Below, piece after piece: positions 12,541-26,344 of a DNA stretch of 64,000 nucleotides. How positions within the stretch are numbered: position 1 is the first letter of the stretch; each line of letters begins with the position of its first letter. Position numbers and translations under genes: made by a program. The stretch comes from Eledone cirrhosa (lineage: Eukaryota): positions 118,110,001 to 118,174,000 of the forward strand of contig OZ024743.1 in assembly GCA_964016885.1 (NCBI GenBank), read 5' to 3'. Below the pieces are notes generated by a model. That model saw nothing but the letters and a program-made list of their open reading frames with translations, was not told the origin of the DNA and ran no database searches.

Positions 12541-15002
12541 TGTTCCTACACTCACGCACCCCCACCACAGTATCTCTCTCGCTCACACAAATACATACAC
12601 AGATACTTGAACTCTTTAATTTCTATATAGGTACTGATGTGTGTAGCCAGAAAAAAATGTGTTAAACGGTGATATATATATATATATATATATAAAGGTG
12701 AATATATATAAAGTATGTGTATGTATGTGTCGTGTATACGTATGTGTAACGAACCTACGCATACACATACACACAAGCACATACGCATCTATACACACAC
12801 ATAGAGATACGTGCGCGTTCGTTGTTGAAATGAAGAAAGGCTGTGATATATTATCAGGAAAGATAATAACACCCGCTAATGTCATTATAACGTCTGAAGT
12901 GGTTAGACGTAGATGAAGAGGTACGAGCGGTAAACTGAGCTGCACATGAAACAAAACAACTTATCTCAGTGCGTTGTTTTACATTTTTATCTGACTAGAT
13001 TACAATAATAGTTCTGACATTGCAATAGATGATGTAATATTCTTCGCCTTTGGCTTGGCTGGATGCCGCAAATTTATTATAGGAAACTTATTTGCGATGT
13101 CTCCTTAGGGAGTTCAATTCAGAAGCGGAAGGCAACAAATTATAGATTGTAAGCGAATTTGTTCAACCATTCTAGATGCGGATCGAAACCGTGTCATTGA
13201 TTTAACTCGGTGAGGATTTATTGTGTGATACACTATTTATTATTTGTCTCCCTGTGGAATAATAATATGATTGTGTGATGTTTCTGTCTTTTCAAATTGA
13301 AATGACTCAAGCTGGGAATCGAAACTCTGTTTGACATAAAATCTCCCGAGCTATTCACACCAGCTAGGAGGGATCTATATAACCACTAGATCTGCTAGCA
13401 AAGATAGCCAAATTTCCCTCAAGTAATTTCCTAATTTCATAAAGTAATGGTTTCTGATTTAGGTACTAGCCCAATAATGTTAGGGGAGGGTAAAGTTGAT
13501 TAAATCGATCCCAGTGCATTACTGGTGCTTTATTTGATCGAACCCATAAGGATTTGAACTAAATTAATTTCCTAAAATAAAAAAAGAAATGAAGAACGCA
13601 TTAGATATTTTAGTTCTATGAACACTTACAAATGGAATGTTTATGTCTGGAATGCCCTCGATCATAGGTCTGTTCGAACAGTGTTTTGAACTAGGACTAA
13701 AAAACAACAAATGCTTATCTCTGCTTTGAAAATATATATGAATGATGATATCTTAAATGATGATATCTTAAAACAAAGTGATAATGTTCGAAATAGTGAT
13801 CATGTTCGAAATCATACCTTCTCTGCAAAAGCAATATTACTAATACCATATTCGTATCATGTATTAAATACACGATGTCTTGGCAGAAGATCACAGGAGA
13901 AACATAACTTCAACGCTTTTGTTTCCCCACCAAATGATTCCAGCAAAAACTCCCCAATATATATAAACAATCACTTGATACTAATCAACTACAGCAATCA
14001 TAAACATACTGAGCCACTTTCTTTGAAAAGATTCACCCGAAATAAAAGATATTTTCGCTCTCCACGTTTGAAATTCTATACGTTTGGTATTTTTTTCTCA
14101 TAAAGGTTGACCATTAGTACTTATTTTATTACTCAATGGATTATATTCAAATATAAGCGAAAAGAGTAAACACGTTGATTTAAAGATGACCTGGCAATTT
14201 ACAGCTTTACGAAGATATACAGAAATGGTAACACTTGTAGTTTAGATATTCATCATTTCTAGACGAGCAGGCCTGTGATCAAAGACCTTTTAACTGACGA
14301 CATCACAGCTATTTTCTTTTCACGCAGAATTTTTCTGTAAGGGGCCGAACTGGCGTGTCGGGTTAGAGCGGCCGAATGTCCTGCCCTATTTGTTCCATTT
14401 CTCTGTTCAAATCCCGCCGAGGCTATATCTGCCTTTTACCAATCAGTGAAATGCTATAGCCGAATGTTTTTTTTTTCTCGGGATCAGCTACGATGTCAAG
14501 ACATCATTCGCAACGCTCTTTTCCCCAAGAAATGGAAATGATTTAAGAGAGCGGGTTGCAACGTCTTCTCATCAGAAATGTAATGTGTTACTGTAAAATC
14601 GTCGATGTGCAGTACAACATTGAGCAGAAAATAAAGAATGATTGTGCATATATTGTCTAATAAATCTATTTGTTCTATTTTTATGTTGGTAAAGTGTATT
14701 TTCGTAACGATGAGTTTACGATTTCTACCATTTCCTGTGGCCTTGTAAAAATTCGCTCGATATTTTTATGGTTTTACATGCAGGTGTTGGAGGATATGGA
14801 ACCAATCTACCACTAAGTAGTATCTACAGTAGTGCTCTAAATATTTCTTGTTGTAATAAACGTTACACCCACCCACACACAGACATGAAACTTAGTTCCA
14901 AAGTTATCAGTGCGAGTGAGACAGATATATATGTGTGTATATATAAATATATATACATATATATACATCTCAGTTTGTCTCTTCCCCTCTCACTCTCTTT
15001 TC

Positions 15003-15039
<37 letters not shown>

Positions 15040-15043
15040 AATA

Positions 15044-15074
<31 letters not shown>

Positions 15075-15828
15075 TGGTGGTGGTGGGGGTGGGGGGACGC
15101 AAACTCAGATGTTGTGATGTTCATTTTTTTATTGTTTGAGGCTCTTGCGATGTGAGCCAAATGGAGTTCAAATGAGATTTAAGAATCCCTTGGCCTCACC
15201 CAGAATTTAACAGTCGCCAAACGGCGCCCAGTCTGTCTTAAAAAATATAAATAAAGTTAAAATATCAGTGATAGATTATAATACAATTGATACAATACTA
15301 ACAACAACGTTTCTAATAACAGTATTAACAACAACAATAACATAAATAATTGCAATACAATTGATACAGGAAAAAACAACAATAATAAAATGTATAAGGA
15401 GTAAAAAGAAAATGAATGTATGACAAAGTCGAAAATGATGAACAAGATGTGGACTTGTAAATCTTAAGGGGATACTATTGTAACATTGAGGAGGGAATTG
15501 CGTTAAGTGAATGGGGGAGGTGAAAATAAAGGGGTAGAAGAAGAGTGATGTAGGGAAGTGAGATGAATTAAGTGAAAGAAGGAGAGAACGAAAAACAAGG
15601 AGAGTGAGACCAAAAATAGGGGAGGTCATGAAGTAGCAGAGATGGATGTGTTGAGTGAAGGATGGACGAAAAGACAGAAAGAAACAGAGAAGAGCATCAT
15701 GGCGAGAGGAGGTGTGTGAGTCAGATAGGGGAAGATGGTTGCGGAAGTAAGTTTCTTTGTGTCTGATTTATGTAGTGTGATGTGTGTATATAACGAATAT
15801 ATATATATATTTTATATATAAATATATA

Positions 15829-15920
<92 letters not shown>

Positions 15921-15956
15921 TCTACACACGCACACAGACATACACAAACACACACG

Positions 15957-15990
<34 letters not shown>

Positions 15991-15994
15991 AATA

Positions 15995-16054
<60 letters not shown>

Positions 16055-16055
<1 letters not shown>

Positions 16056-17788
16056 TAGCTGAGATACCCAGCTTCACCAAGGTTAACAAATGATAATAGA
16101 AGACCGGCAGAAGAGAAAACGTCTGTATTGAATGCATTGTCTTGTTTACAGTGTGTGTATTGTGTGTGTGTGTATGTTTCTGTGTGTTTGTGTATATATA
16201 TATATATTTGTGTGTGTGAGTGTGAGTGTGTGTGTGAGTGTGAGTGTGAGTGTGTGTGTGTGTGTGTGTGTGCCTGTGTTCGTGTGTGTGTGTGTGTGTG
16301 TGTGCAAACCACCGTTGGAATCGGAGACAGGCCGTGAAACACGATCATCACTGACAACGAACTCGCAGAGAGAATCCCTTATGGTTGATTTCCAACCTGC
16401 TAGAAATAGCAGTCAGGTTGGTTAGCATACGTGGTATGACTTTCTTCTTCTTTGGTGTTATAACATTAGTATCAATAAACTTTCCTGGATATACTCTTAT
16501 CCCAATCCTGTACATACTTTATGATTGTCTCTTTCCCTTTTTTTTTCGTGTGATACGCGAAGGAACCAACCAAAACACATCTCTCTTTTATATCTCTTTT
16601 ATTTGTTCACTCAGAATATTTTTCAGCTAATTCTGACGTACAATATACATCAGCAATCGTTATCTAATGTTTAAAACATATGAATAGCTGCGATATATGC
16701 ACCATATCAATCAAAAACGATATGAGAATTGAATACCATACTAAAACGCCAGAAAGCTTGCTAAGAACCTGCAGATAGAAATGTTAATAAATACAACATT
16801 TGGCTTGGGTAAACTTTAAGATGTTCTTTCATTGTAGGTTTCTTTTTTAAGCCAGTACGTTAAAGAAAATTGATAGTTACAACAATAAAGGCTGAACAGA
16901 GAACACATTTTTTAACAAACTTTACAATAAATTTTACAAGCATAATGGAAATTTCAAGTAACAGAAAATACATAAGTTACTTTGTTAGAGCCTCAGAGTA
17001 TACAATATTTTTTGTTTGGCCCTCGGGCGCAAAGATGAAGAGATTGTTTGGCGAGCTCAACCTAGAGCATCCTATGTTCAATTGACCTTGGTTTTCCCAG
17101 ATGAAGGCCAGCCACTTTTAGGGTTTGACCCTGAGCTTTGTTGATGGCAATCGCGAAGCTTAGTCTTTCTGTTGCTCTAGTAACATTTTTTCTTCTGGAA
17201 AATCTTATCTTACGGCCAGGCTAGGACTTTTTGGGTGGCATATCGGCAGTAACAATAACGATAAGCCGTCTGTGCTTTCGTGAAATAAATACGTTTGTTA
17301 TAATATTTTTTCTTCTGGAAAATCTGGTCTTGCGGAAAATCTGATCTTTCGTGAAATAAATACGTTTGTTTATATTTTGTTTTTGTTTATGCAAAATTAT
17401 CTGTACACGAATACATAATTATATATATTAAAATAACAGATTAAAGTTTAAGCAACGAATCGCTGCTTTCACCGTTAACGGGATCTCTGAAACTAAAAAA
17501 AATCAATCTGTAAACGCTAAAGTAAATATTTCAAAAAACGTTGCAACCGAAAGAAAGCAGGAAGATCATACTTTGGTTCGTGAAGACGTTGGGAATGTCG
17601 TATAACCGGAAGTGTTGACATTTGAAAATATTTAAATAATGTCTTTAATCTTTTAACAAAATTCAGTACACAAAAATACCCTCACTCTCTTACTTAGAAA
17701 AAGTTACATCTATGGGGCAAATTTGGTGCCGTTTCGACAAGCCGCATGGCGAAGGTTTGTTACTTGCATACGGCCGTCATCTTTAGAG

Positions 17789-17792
<4 letters not shown>
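16055..17792 (-). mobile_element. Non-autonomous Helitron-like element inserted in (TA)n
   Basis: The minus-strand 3' end is ccttggtgaagctgggtatctcagCTAGt (hairpin plus CTAG). The other end is tatactctaaagatgacggccgtatg. The internal block 17425-17610 is shared with 18575-18760 and 47220-47440. Confidence 0.7.
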
Positions 17793-17818
<26 letters not shown>

Positions 17819-17821
<3 letters not shown>

Positions 17822-17909
17822 CCTTTTTCCTATTTCCGACTCTACTACCCTAAGTATTGATTACTCTGGTGCGTTATGGTTCATCTGGTTCCTGACCACA
17901 ATTCCTTTG

Positions 17910-17981
<72 letters not shown>

Positions 17982-18173
17982 TATATATAAATATAACAAT
18001 GGACCATAACGCACCAGAGTACTCAATACTTAGGGTAGTAGATTGGGAAATAGGAAAAAGGTATGATCCCGATGGCAGAGCTCAAGCCGTTTCGAGGGAT
18101 ATTTCTGGACTCTGTGTCCAGAAATAGCTGTCGAAACGGCTTGAGCTCTGCCGTCGCGGTCATACTTTTTCCT
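17819..18173. repeat. Alternating inverted copies: 17819-17884 versus 17999-18063, plus palindrome 18050-18173 with an HHR 3' half
   Basis: atacctttttcctatttcc...gcgttatggttcat mirrors atggaccataacgc...ggaaataggaaaaaggtat. The palindrome arm contains GAAAC-ggc(ttgagctct)gcc-GTC. Confidence 0.85.
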
Positions 18174-18300
18174 ATATATAAATATATATATATAGTTCCT
18201 CAGTGAAATAACAACCCAACAAGGAACTGGGCATATCAGAGTATTGACAATATTATACACCTAAACAACATATGTACTTGTCTATACCATACTAATTCAA

Positions 18301-18355
18301 ACTGCCTGAAGAGGTCACAGCCAAAGATGGCTGTCACTAAAATATATATAGCAGT
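18301..18355 (+). ncRNA. Type I hammerhead with G12A mutation in a pseudo-LTR-like unit
   Basis: actgc-CTGAAGA-g-gtcacagcca(aaga)tggctgtcac-t-AAAA-tatata-TA-gcagt. Confidence 0.72.
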
Positions 18356-18574
18356 AATAAACGAAGCTAAATTTTAATCATTTGACTTTTATTTAACTTT
18401 ATTTTACACTACTCCGGAGTAACCAAACCAACCTGCGCACCACGTCGAGTGCTCCAGGCTGCATACTGAGGTGTTGGTATACAACCAACATAAACTCAAA
18501 ATCTATATATATAAATATATATATAAATATATTATTATTACCGCTCCTATTAATGACGTATTATATTCGTTTTT

Positions 18575-18760
18575 TTTTCCCGTTCTTTGCCAGCGAACGT
18601 TTCCACGAACCAAAGTATCGTCTTCCTGTCTTCCTCCGGTTGCAACGTTTTTTGAAATATCCACTTCTGCATTTACAGATTGACTTTGTTAGTTTCAGAA
18701 GATCCCGTTAAGGGTGAAAGCAGCGATTCTTTGCTTAAACTTTAATCTGTTATTTTAATA
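18575..18760 (+). mobile_element. Internal fragment of the non-autonomous Helitron family
   Basis: Reverse complement of about 17425-17610; contains gatcccgttaagggtgaaagcagcgattctttgcttaaactttaatctg. Confidence 0.7.
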
Positions 18761-18764
18761 AATA

Positions 18765-18810
<46 letters not shown>

Positions 18811-18812
<2 letters not shown>

Positions 18813-18912
18813 TGTTTCTACTTTAGGCACAAGGCCAGCAATTACCCAGTGCATTACTGGTACTTTATTTTATCGACCCCGTAAGGATGAAAGGCAAAGT
18901 CAACCTCGGCGG
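18811..18912 (-). mobile_element. 5'-truncated tRNA-derived SINE with an (ATT)n tail
   Basis: Reverse complement of the 3' half of the SINE at 62327-62511. Confidence 0.85.
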
Positions 18913-19067
18913 GATATAATAATAATAATATATTTATATATATATTTATATATATATTTATATATATAGATTTTGAGTTTATATATAATATATATATATA
19001 TATATATTTATTTATAATATATATATATATATATATAATATATATATATAATACATATATATATATA

Positions 19068-19143
<76 letters not shown>

Positions 19144-19352
19144 TCCCGAAATATTGGGATTAAATCTCCACTACGGTAACCCTTCTACCTTTGTTTTGTT
19201 TTCATCTTTGTCTCTCTCAATTTTCACTTTCACCTGTTTCTCCTATCTATCATTCACTTCCTACCTCGAGATTTCCCTCTGCATTGTTGTGGCTTTCTTA
19301 ACTACGTATTTTACACATTTCACAATGCTTCAAGCAAACTTTAACACCCTCT

Positions 19353-19458
<106 letters not shown>

Positions 19459-19976
19459 AGTACAGAGACATGTGTGTGTGTGTGTGTGTTTGTGTGTTAA
19501 CAAGACACGTGAATGTCACATATTAATATGCCTGAACAGTATTCACAGAATATGCTCTATATCAGTTTAGAAATAAGATGGATGTATGGCCAATTGTTAT
19601 GATTACAAAAACAAAATCGAAAGAATTAATCCAAATACGCACATATACAGAAGCTATTTGAACTTAAATTAAGCTCGCATGACATATAGATATTTCTGAG
19701 ACTTCTGGTCTTATTTAGTGGATGTAGAAACAGTCAAATCCATGTGAAGCCTTACTTTATATAGATGGTGTTTACGAATGGTTGAATGTAAATATATGTA
19801 TGTTTTAAGACCCTCTTCCCGCTATGTCAAGCGTTAACCTAATATATCCCTTCCATATAATGTATATATATATATATATAGTAATAATGATAAATGTGAA
19901 GACAAACATCCAAAGAGGGCTCGATAAGGATAAATATATTTCAAACATATAAGAACCATAGAGCAAATATTTATCA

Positions 19977-20098
19977 AAATAACAGATTAAATTATAAGCA
20001 AAGAATCGTAGTTTTCACCCTTAACGGGATCTTTTGATTTTCAGAAGGTCCCGTGAAGGGTGAAAGCAACGATTCTTTGCTTAAACTTTAATCTGTTA

Positions 20099-20102
<4 letters not shown>
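19977..20102. repeat. Fold-back palindrome of the Helitron internal block
   Basis: aataacagattaaattataagcaaagaatcgtagttttcacccttaacgggatctt pairs with aaggtcccgtgaagggtgaaagcaacgattctttgcttaaactttaatctgttatt. Confidence 0.85.
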
Positions 20103-20131
<29 letters not shown>

Positions 20132-20138
<7 letters not shown>

Positions 20139-20328
20139 TGAGATTCTACAGGACTAGAACTGTTTCATTCTTTAGAAATCATCAGGGATCAGAGATTCCT
20201 GATGATTTCTAAAGAATGAACCAGTTCTAGTCCTGTAGAATCTCATCTATATTAGAACTTTTATACTCTGCAATGTATTGAGTACCTTACTTACTGTGGT
20301 TACCTCCGATTCAACCCGGAATAACGTA
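20132..20328. mobile_element. Family A pseudo-LTR unit with inverted 5' duplication: back-to-back hammerheads at 20140-20190 (-) and 20192-20244 (+)
   Basis: Palindrome 20132-20252 centred at 20192. The plus copy is gagattc-CTGATGA-tttctaaagaat-GAACCAG-ttctagtc-CTGTA-gaatctc, and the minus copy retains GAAA. (TA)n lies on both sides. Confidence 0.88.
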
Positions 20329-20362
20329 CCTATATATATATATATATATATATATACAATAT

Positions 20363-20707
20363 ATTAATAGATGGAAACTATATTTATAAAACCATAATTA
20401 TTTTATTATATATATTTCAAGGGCAACCAAGGCAATTTTGGTGCGCTTTCATCAGATACAATACAAAATATGTTTTATAAATGTTGACATACCCGTAGAA
20501 AAACAACTTCGACGGTTGAAGGTTCGCTGGATAGTCTATCCAGCGAACCTTCAACCGTCAAGGTTGTTTTTCTACAGGTATGTCAACATTTATAAAACAT
20601 ATTTTGTATTGTATCTGATGAAAGCGCACCAAAATTGTCTTGGTTGCCCTTGAAATATATATAATAAAATAATTATGGTTTTATAAATATAGTTTCCATT
20701 TATTAAT
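20363..20707. repeat. Near-perfect palindrome (about 172-bp arms, 1-nt centre at 20535) with hammerheads at 20609-20669 (+) and 20401-20461 (-)
   Basis: The centre is gctggatag-t-ctatccagc. The arm contains ttgtat-CTGATGA-aagcgcacca...tggttgccctt-GAAA-tatata-TA-ataaaa. Confidence 0.92.
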
Positions 20708-20885
20708 TGGCAGTATCGGTGGAGGGTCGGACGCCATTCTTTCCAGCATAGTTACGTCCCTTTACGATCTGAGTTCAAATCCCGCCGAGGTTGACTTTGC
20801 CTTTCATCCTTACGGGGTCGATAAAATAAAGTACCAGTAATGAACTGGGTAATTGCTGGCCTTGTGCCTAAAGTAGAAACAATTA
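20708..20885 (+). mobile_element. tRNA-derived SINE (central domain resembling Deu/Nin type), missing its first bases
   Basis: tggcagtatcggt (A box)...gagttcaaatccc (B box)...gcctttcatccttacggggtcgataaaataaagtaccag; nearly identical to 62327-62511. Confidence 0.88.
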
Positions 20886-20981
20886 ATATATTGAATATTT
20901 ACTCCAGTTTTCTGTTGAGTGCTTTATAACAGTTATACAACTGTTAAGCTTGTTGAATCCCAACAAATTAAATATAACGTC

Positions 20982-21024
<43 letters not shown>

Positions 21025-21189
21025 GGATATGTGCATATATATATGCGTGTGTGTGTGAAGGCGTCCAATGTTCAGACATAAGAGGACTTTGGGTTAAGAT
21101 GGAATACGACTTCAGTTAGCAGATCAAATGTTCTGCGAGACTATCCACCGTCGTCGTAATGACAAGTCCTCCGGCACACCTGCTCTCTC

Positions 21190-21328
21190 TTTCTTATTCT
21201 GTCTTTTTAGATAGACACATAGCTATAACGTCGCGCCCTTATAATATGTCTCTGTATGTCTGGCTCTCTGCATCTGTACATTGACTTCGCTATCTGTGTG
21301 TGTGTGTGTGTGTATATGTATATATATA

Positions 21329-21373
<45 letters not shown>

Positions 21374-21383
21374 TATATATATA

Positions 21384-21456
<73 letters not shown>

Positions 21457-21843
21457 TATATATATAGTGTGTGTGTATATATATATGTATATATATATAT
21501 ATAGTGTTAGTATCATAAATAAGAGACCGTTTAATTTGTACATTTTACTACAGCATTCCTTTATACGTAAATAGTACGTATATATACATATATAAACATG
21601 TTATTTAAAGTTGTATAAAAAAGAAGTATAATTGGTTCTACTTTTGGCAGAAGGCCAGCAAGTACTTCACTACATTACTGGTACTTTATTATATATAATA
21701 TATATATAATACGACATCCCTCTCTCTCTTTTACTCTGTCTGTTTAGATAGATACAAAGCTATAACGTCGTACGCTTATAATATATGTGTGTATGTCTGC
21801 CTGTCTGCATCGACTTCGCTTCTAACCAACTTTTAATTAATTA

Positions 21844-21875
<32 letters not shown>

Positions 21876-22085
21876 ATTATATATTCGTGTACATATTTTC
21901 AACAGTAGTACAGTAGTATATATTTTCAACAGTAATACTGTGCTATATATTTACAACATTAATACTATACTATATATTTTCAACAGTAATACTGTACTAT
22001 ACTATATATTTTCAACATTAATACTATACTATATATACGGCTTATCGTCTGTTTATCCAAGCGAAGCTAGGTACGTCAGCTATAT
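21190..22085 (+). mobile_element. Fragments of the non-autonomous Helitron family, with a 3' end near 22083
   Basis: Blocks at 21190-21295 and 21720-21815 match 47030-47110. ccaagcgaagctaggtacgtcagcta matches the 3' end seen at 16055-16082 (-). Confidence 0.6.
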
Positions 22086-22460
22086 ATATATATATATGGA
22101 TGCCGTAGAACACGCCAATGATAGCCAGCTGGACGGGCCATATATATATATATACAGTAAGTTGTAAATGATGTCGTGAACAAAAAATGAGTAGTACGAA
22201 TTATTTATTCTGTTATATTAGTTATCATTTCTGAGTTTCTTTTCTATAGTAAAATCATTGCATATGGGAAGAAAGCCTCACTTGGCTGCACCTTATACTA
22301 TGTGTTTGGGGGTGCACATTTTTGCAATACACTTACATATATGTGTTGCGGGGCGTTTTGGTATATGGAAGCAAAATCGAATGAAAGCAAACACGCGTAT
22401 GAGAAGGCAGCAAGAGAAGGTGGGTAGAAAAAAATGAATTATTGTATATATATATATATT

Positions 22461-22537
<77 letters not shown>

Positions 22538-22548
22538 TGTGTGTGTGT

Positions 22549-22626
<78 letters not shown>

Positions 22627-23263
22627 GTGTGTGTGCGTGTGCGTGTGTATGTGTGTGTGTGTGAGGGAGAGAGAGAGAGGGAGTTAGAGGGAGAGAGATA
22701 GAGGCTTCATATAAACAGAGAACCACATACACTATGTACAAATGTTAATTTCATTCAACAGTGAAATTGTCTTTAAAGGGAAAAGAAGAGAATAAAATAC
22801 ACGAGGAAAAATGAAGATGAAGGTATAAGAAACAATAAAATATAATAAAGAAAGAAAAAAGAAAAATATCAGTAACAATGAATGAATGAATGAAAAAAAT
22901 AAGAATAAAAGGAATGAGAGAAAAACAGAAAGAAGAAAGGAAGAAATAAAGGAAGTAAAATATTGAAATAAAACAAAAGAGCTACGAAAATAAACCGCAC
23001 AAACCGCATTGTAACAGACGAAATGTGATGTTTTGACAGAAAACTACAATACAATGATCGATTGAACAAATGGCCGCTGGCATAACTCTGAACGGGAAGG
23101 AAAAACACTAGCAAGACATTTATTTCCTGATTGGCTTGGTTTTAGTGTAGAGGAGGTGGTGGTGGAGAAGTGGCGAGAAAAATGGTGGAAATGATATGGA
23201 GGGACGTCTATCTGATATCTTTACATTTTTTGTTAGTTATTATTAAAAATAATATTAGAATAT

Positions 23264-23302
<39 letters not shown>

Positions 23303-23721
23303 GTTATGTATTTATTTATTTTCTGTCTGCCTATATTGCAGTAAGCGTAAATAGCAATTTCCCAGCAAATCGAGTTCTACTACATAGGTTCGATTTCCAT
23401 TCATAACTATTCCATCATACATTTGGGAAAATCCCGAGAAATACGATGTCGCTCATACAACATCCATTAAAGTAAATAGCGATAATCAACATTTAGTAAA
23501 TTTTCTTACCTTACTTAGATATTAGTTATGAAATAGTGAGTGGTTATCTCCCCTGAAAATATTACCGTGTCTTCATTTATCTGGTACTAATTGTGAATTT
23601 ATTTTTGCATTTGTATCACTTAAGTAAATGACTATTTATTGTTTTGATTTGACACAAAATTAACGAAATTGTTAATCGAATCTCACTAGTCGATATGGCC
23701 TGCATCATTTTGTATTTATTT

Positions 23722-23944
23722 AAGGGCGGAAGATTGGCAGTATTGGTAGAGCGCCGGACAACATGTTTTGGAGCATAGAATTACGGCCCCTTACGTTCTG
23801 AGTGCGAATGCCGCCGAGGCTAGCTTTGCCATTCATCCTTACGGGGGTCGATATAATAAAGTACCAGTAATGCACTTGGGTCGAATTAATCAACTTTTCC
23901 CACCCCTTCAAATTGCTGGCCATGTGCCTAAAATATAAACAATT
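23722..23944 (+). mobile_element. Full-length tRNA-derived SINE with a 15-bp target-site duplication
   Basis: The same family body, flanked by ATTTTGTATTTATTT at 23707-23721 and 23945-23959. Confidence 0.92.
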
Positions 23945-24699
23945 ATTTTGTATTTATTTCATCAGTGGTGGAGGAAGAGATGAATGTATTACTTGTTCTC
24001 CGTAAGTCTTAATCGCAGGATACTTGTGAGAAGATATTAAATGTTGTAAACATCTCATCTGGGGCAACACTACTGTTCCATTCGTATAAACTCAAAGCAT
24101 TTTACTCAATTTACAGCAATTTTCGCACCCATCACAACGGTAAGAATTTCAATATTTTTTAAAAGAGTGACAATGGGAAAATTCGCAATAAAAAAAGCAA
24201 ATTCAATAATGATAATAATGATTTTTCTTTTCATTTGCATCAAGGACTGCGGTTGCGATGACATTACAGTGAAACATTACTAAATAAGGCCAGCCATTTG
24301 TGAGAGGGAAGTTGATAATATCGACCTTAGTAGTTAACTGGTATTTATTTCATCGACTTCAAAAGGATAACAAGTAAAGTAGATCCTCGGCCCGATTTAA
24401 TTTCAGAACGTAAAGGATCATAACATATGTGTTTCGTTTGGATCTAATAATAATTAATTCTAATATATTTACAAGGCTAGAAATTTGGATAAATGGTAGT
24501 CGATTAAATCAACTCTATTACTTGTCGGGTAATTTACTTTATTGACCTCGGAAGGATTTTCATTGAAGCAGAATTCAGAGATATTTGAACTCAGAAAGTA
24601 AAGAACTGGAGGAGGTACAGTAATGCATTTTATCGGACAATCTAATGATTCCACCACTGGACGAGTGTCTGCTGAACAGTTTCATCGCCCAATGCTTAT

Positions 24700-25210
24700 C
24701 TTGGCATACCTAGTTTTCTACACATTGAGTGTAGACAGAAAAGAATGCACCTGACTAGTGTAGCGTGACCCTTCCACAAAATGTGAAAGACCAGACGCTC
24801 CAGTCCGGTCGGACGTGAACTGGAGCATGGGATGACTGCCAGGTGTTAACAAAGGACAGAAATTGTGTAGGTATACACAAACTCCGGCTAAAATAGTCAA
24901 CTACTATGCTCATTACATCGTCTCGGTTCCTGTCCACCTGGAGATCTAGTCTAAGAAGTTTAAACTTTCTGTCTGTACAACATCCCGTGATGCTGTTGGA
25001 AGACATGGGCCTGCCTCTATTTTTCTGGTTAATTCTTACTTCTGTCTCCGATCATTCGCATCGTTGTACACCCAGGATACCACTTAATGTTTCTAGTTTC
25101 CGCAGTGTTGGCTCTAGCGTCAGAACATAAAGATGTGAGAGGGGACAACGTTGATGGGCCAAATGCATGATATTGAAGAGTTCCGATATGTGGCCATTTA
25201 TTCTGATCAC
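24700..25210 (-). pseudogene. Decayed L1/Tx1-like RT fragment
   Basis: Minus-strand pieces LSPLTSYVLTLEPTLRKLE (compare CPLSP.LY.L.LEPL), RGRPMSSNSITG..TD..FKLL and DLQVDRN. Confidence 0.6.
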
Positions 25211-25253
25211 TGAGTAGATATCGCTGAACATTACAACATAAACTACTACTACT

Positions 25254-25321
<68 letters not shown>

Positions 25322-25572
25322 GGTAATACAGGTTTTACTAAGCGCGGCGTATTGGAAAACAACAATAAACATTGCAGCAGCAGTTTTAATAACGCATCAA
25401 TTAAACCGTAACAACAACGGGCGTTAAATAGGAACCACAATACTCACATCACATCACCACCAACGGCAGTGCCAACATCAACACTATCATCACTGCCACC
25501 GCCATAACCACAACTACCATTGCTATTGCTGTGGCCACCATTGCCAACACAAACCCAGCCCTGAACCACCAT

Positions 25573-25772
25573 NNNNNNNNNNNNNNNNNNNNNNNNNNNN
25601 NNNNNNNNNNNNNNNNNNNNNNNNNNNNNNNNNNNNNNNNNNNNNNNNNNNNNNNNNNNNNNNNNNNNNNNNNNNNNNNNNNNNNNNNNNNNNNNNNNNN
25701 NNNNNNNNNNNNNNNNNNNNNNNNNNNNNNNNNNNNNNNNNNNNNNNNNNNNNNNNNNNNNNNNNNNNNNNN
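25573..25772. other. Assembly gap (200 N)
   Basis: Run of n characters. Confidence 1.
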
Positions 25773-26344
25773 GGCGCACGTGCCCTTACCGTAATTCTCA
25801 GGGATATTGAGTGTGACAAAGTGTGTGACGAAGCCGGCTCATTGAATTATAGGTAAAGTTTATCCAACGGGCTTCCAAGAAGTTTCCGACTACATAATTA
25901 CACTCGCAATGGATCGGTTTACTCGCGCTATAGTAAATACCATTCGATCATGATGTCATGCAGTGGGGCCGATCAATTCTTAACCATTCTTTCATACTGT
26001 GTTAACGTTAGTAGCGTGGCGAATCGATCAACAGAACAGCCTCCTCGTTAAATTACTCTGCGAGTAACTCAGAAGTCTACCAAAATAGCTAAATGCCATT
26101 GCTCTATTTTTTTTTTGGGGGGGGGGGGGGTTATTCCGACATAAAATCGCACCGATGTCAACTGCGTATTTTATCATTCTGTTTCGATAGTACCAGCTAA
26201 TCAACTTTGCCCTTTCTCCGAAATTTGCTGGATTGTGACTAAATTAAAAATCAATATTCGTGGTAGTTTCTGTTTAGTTGGCAGTCAGCCCTACTCGAGC
26301 AGAGGTACAGTCAAAGACATTCAGTCAATAACCATCCCATGGTT

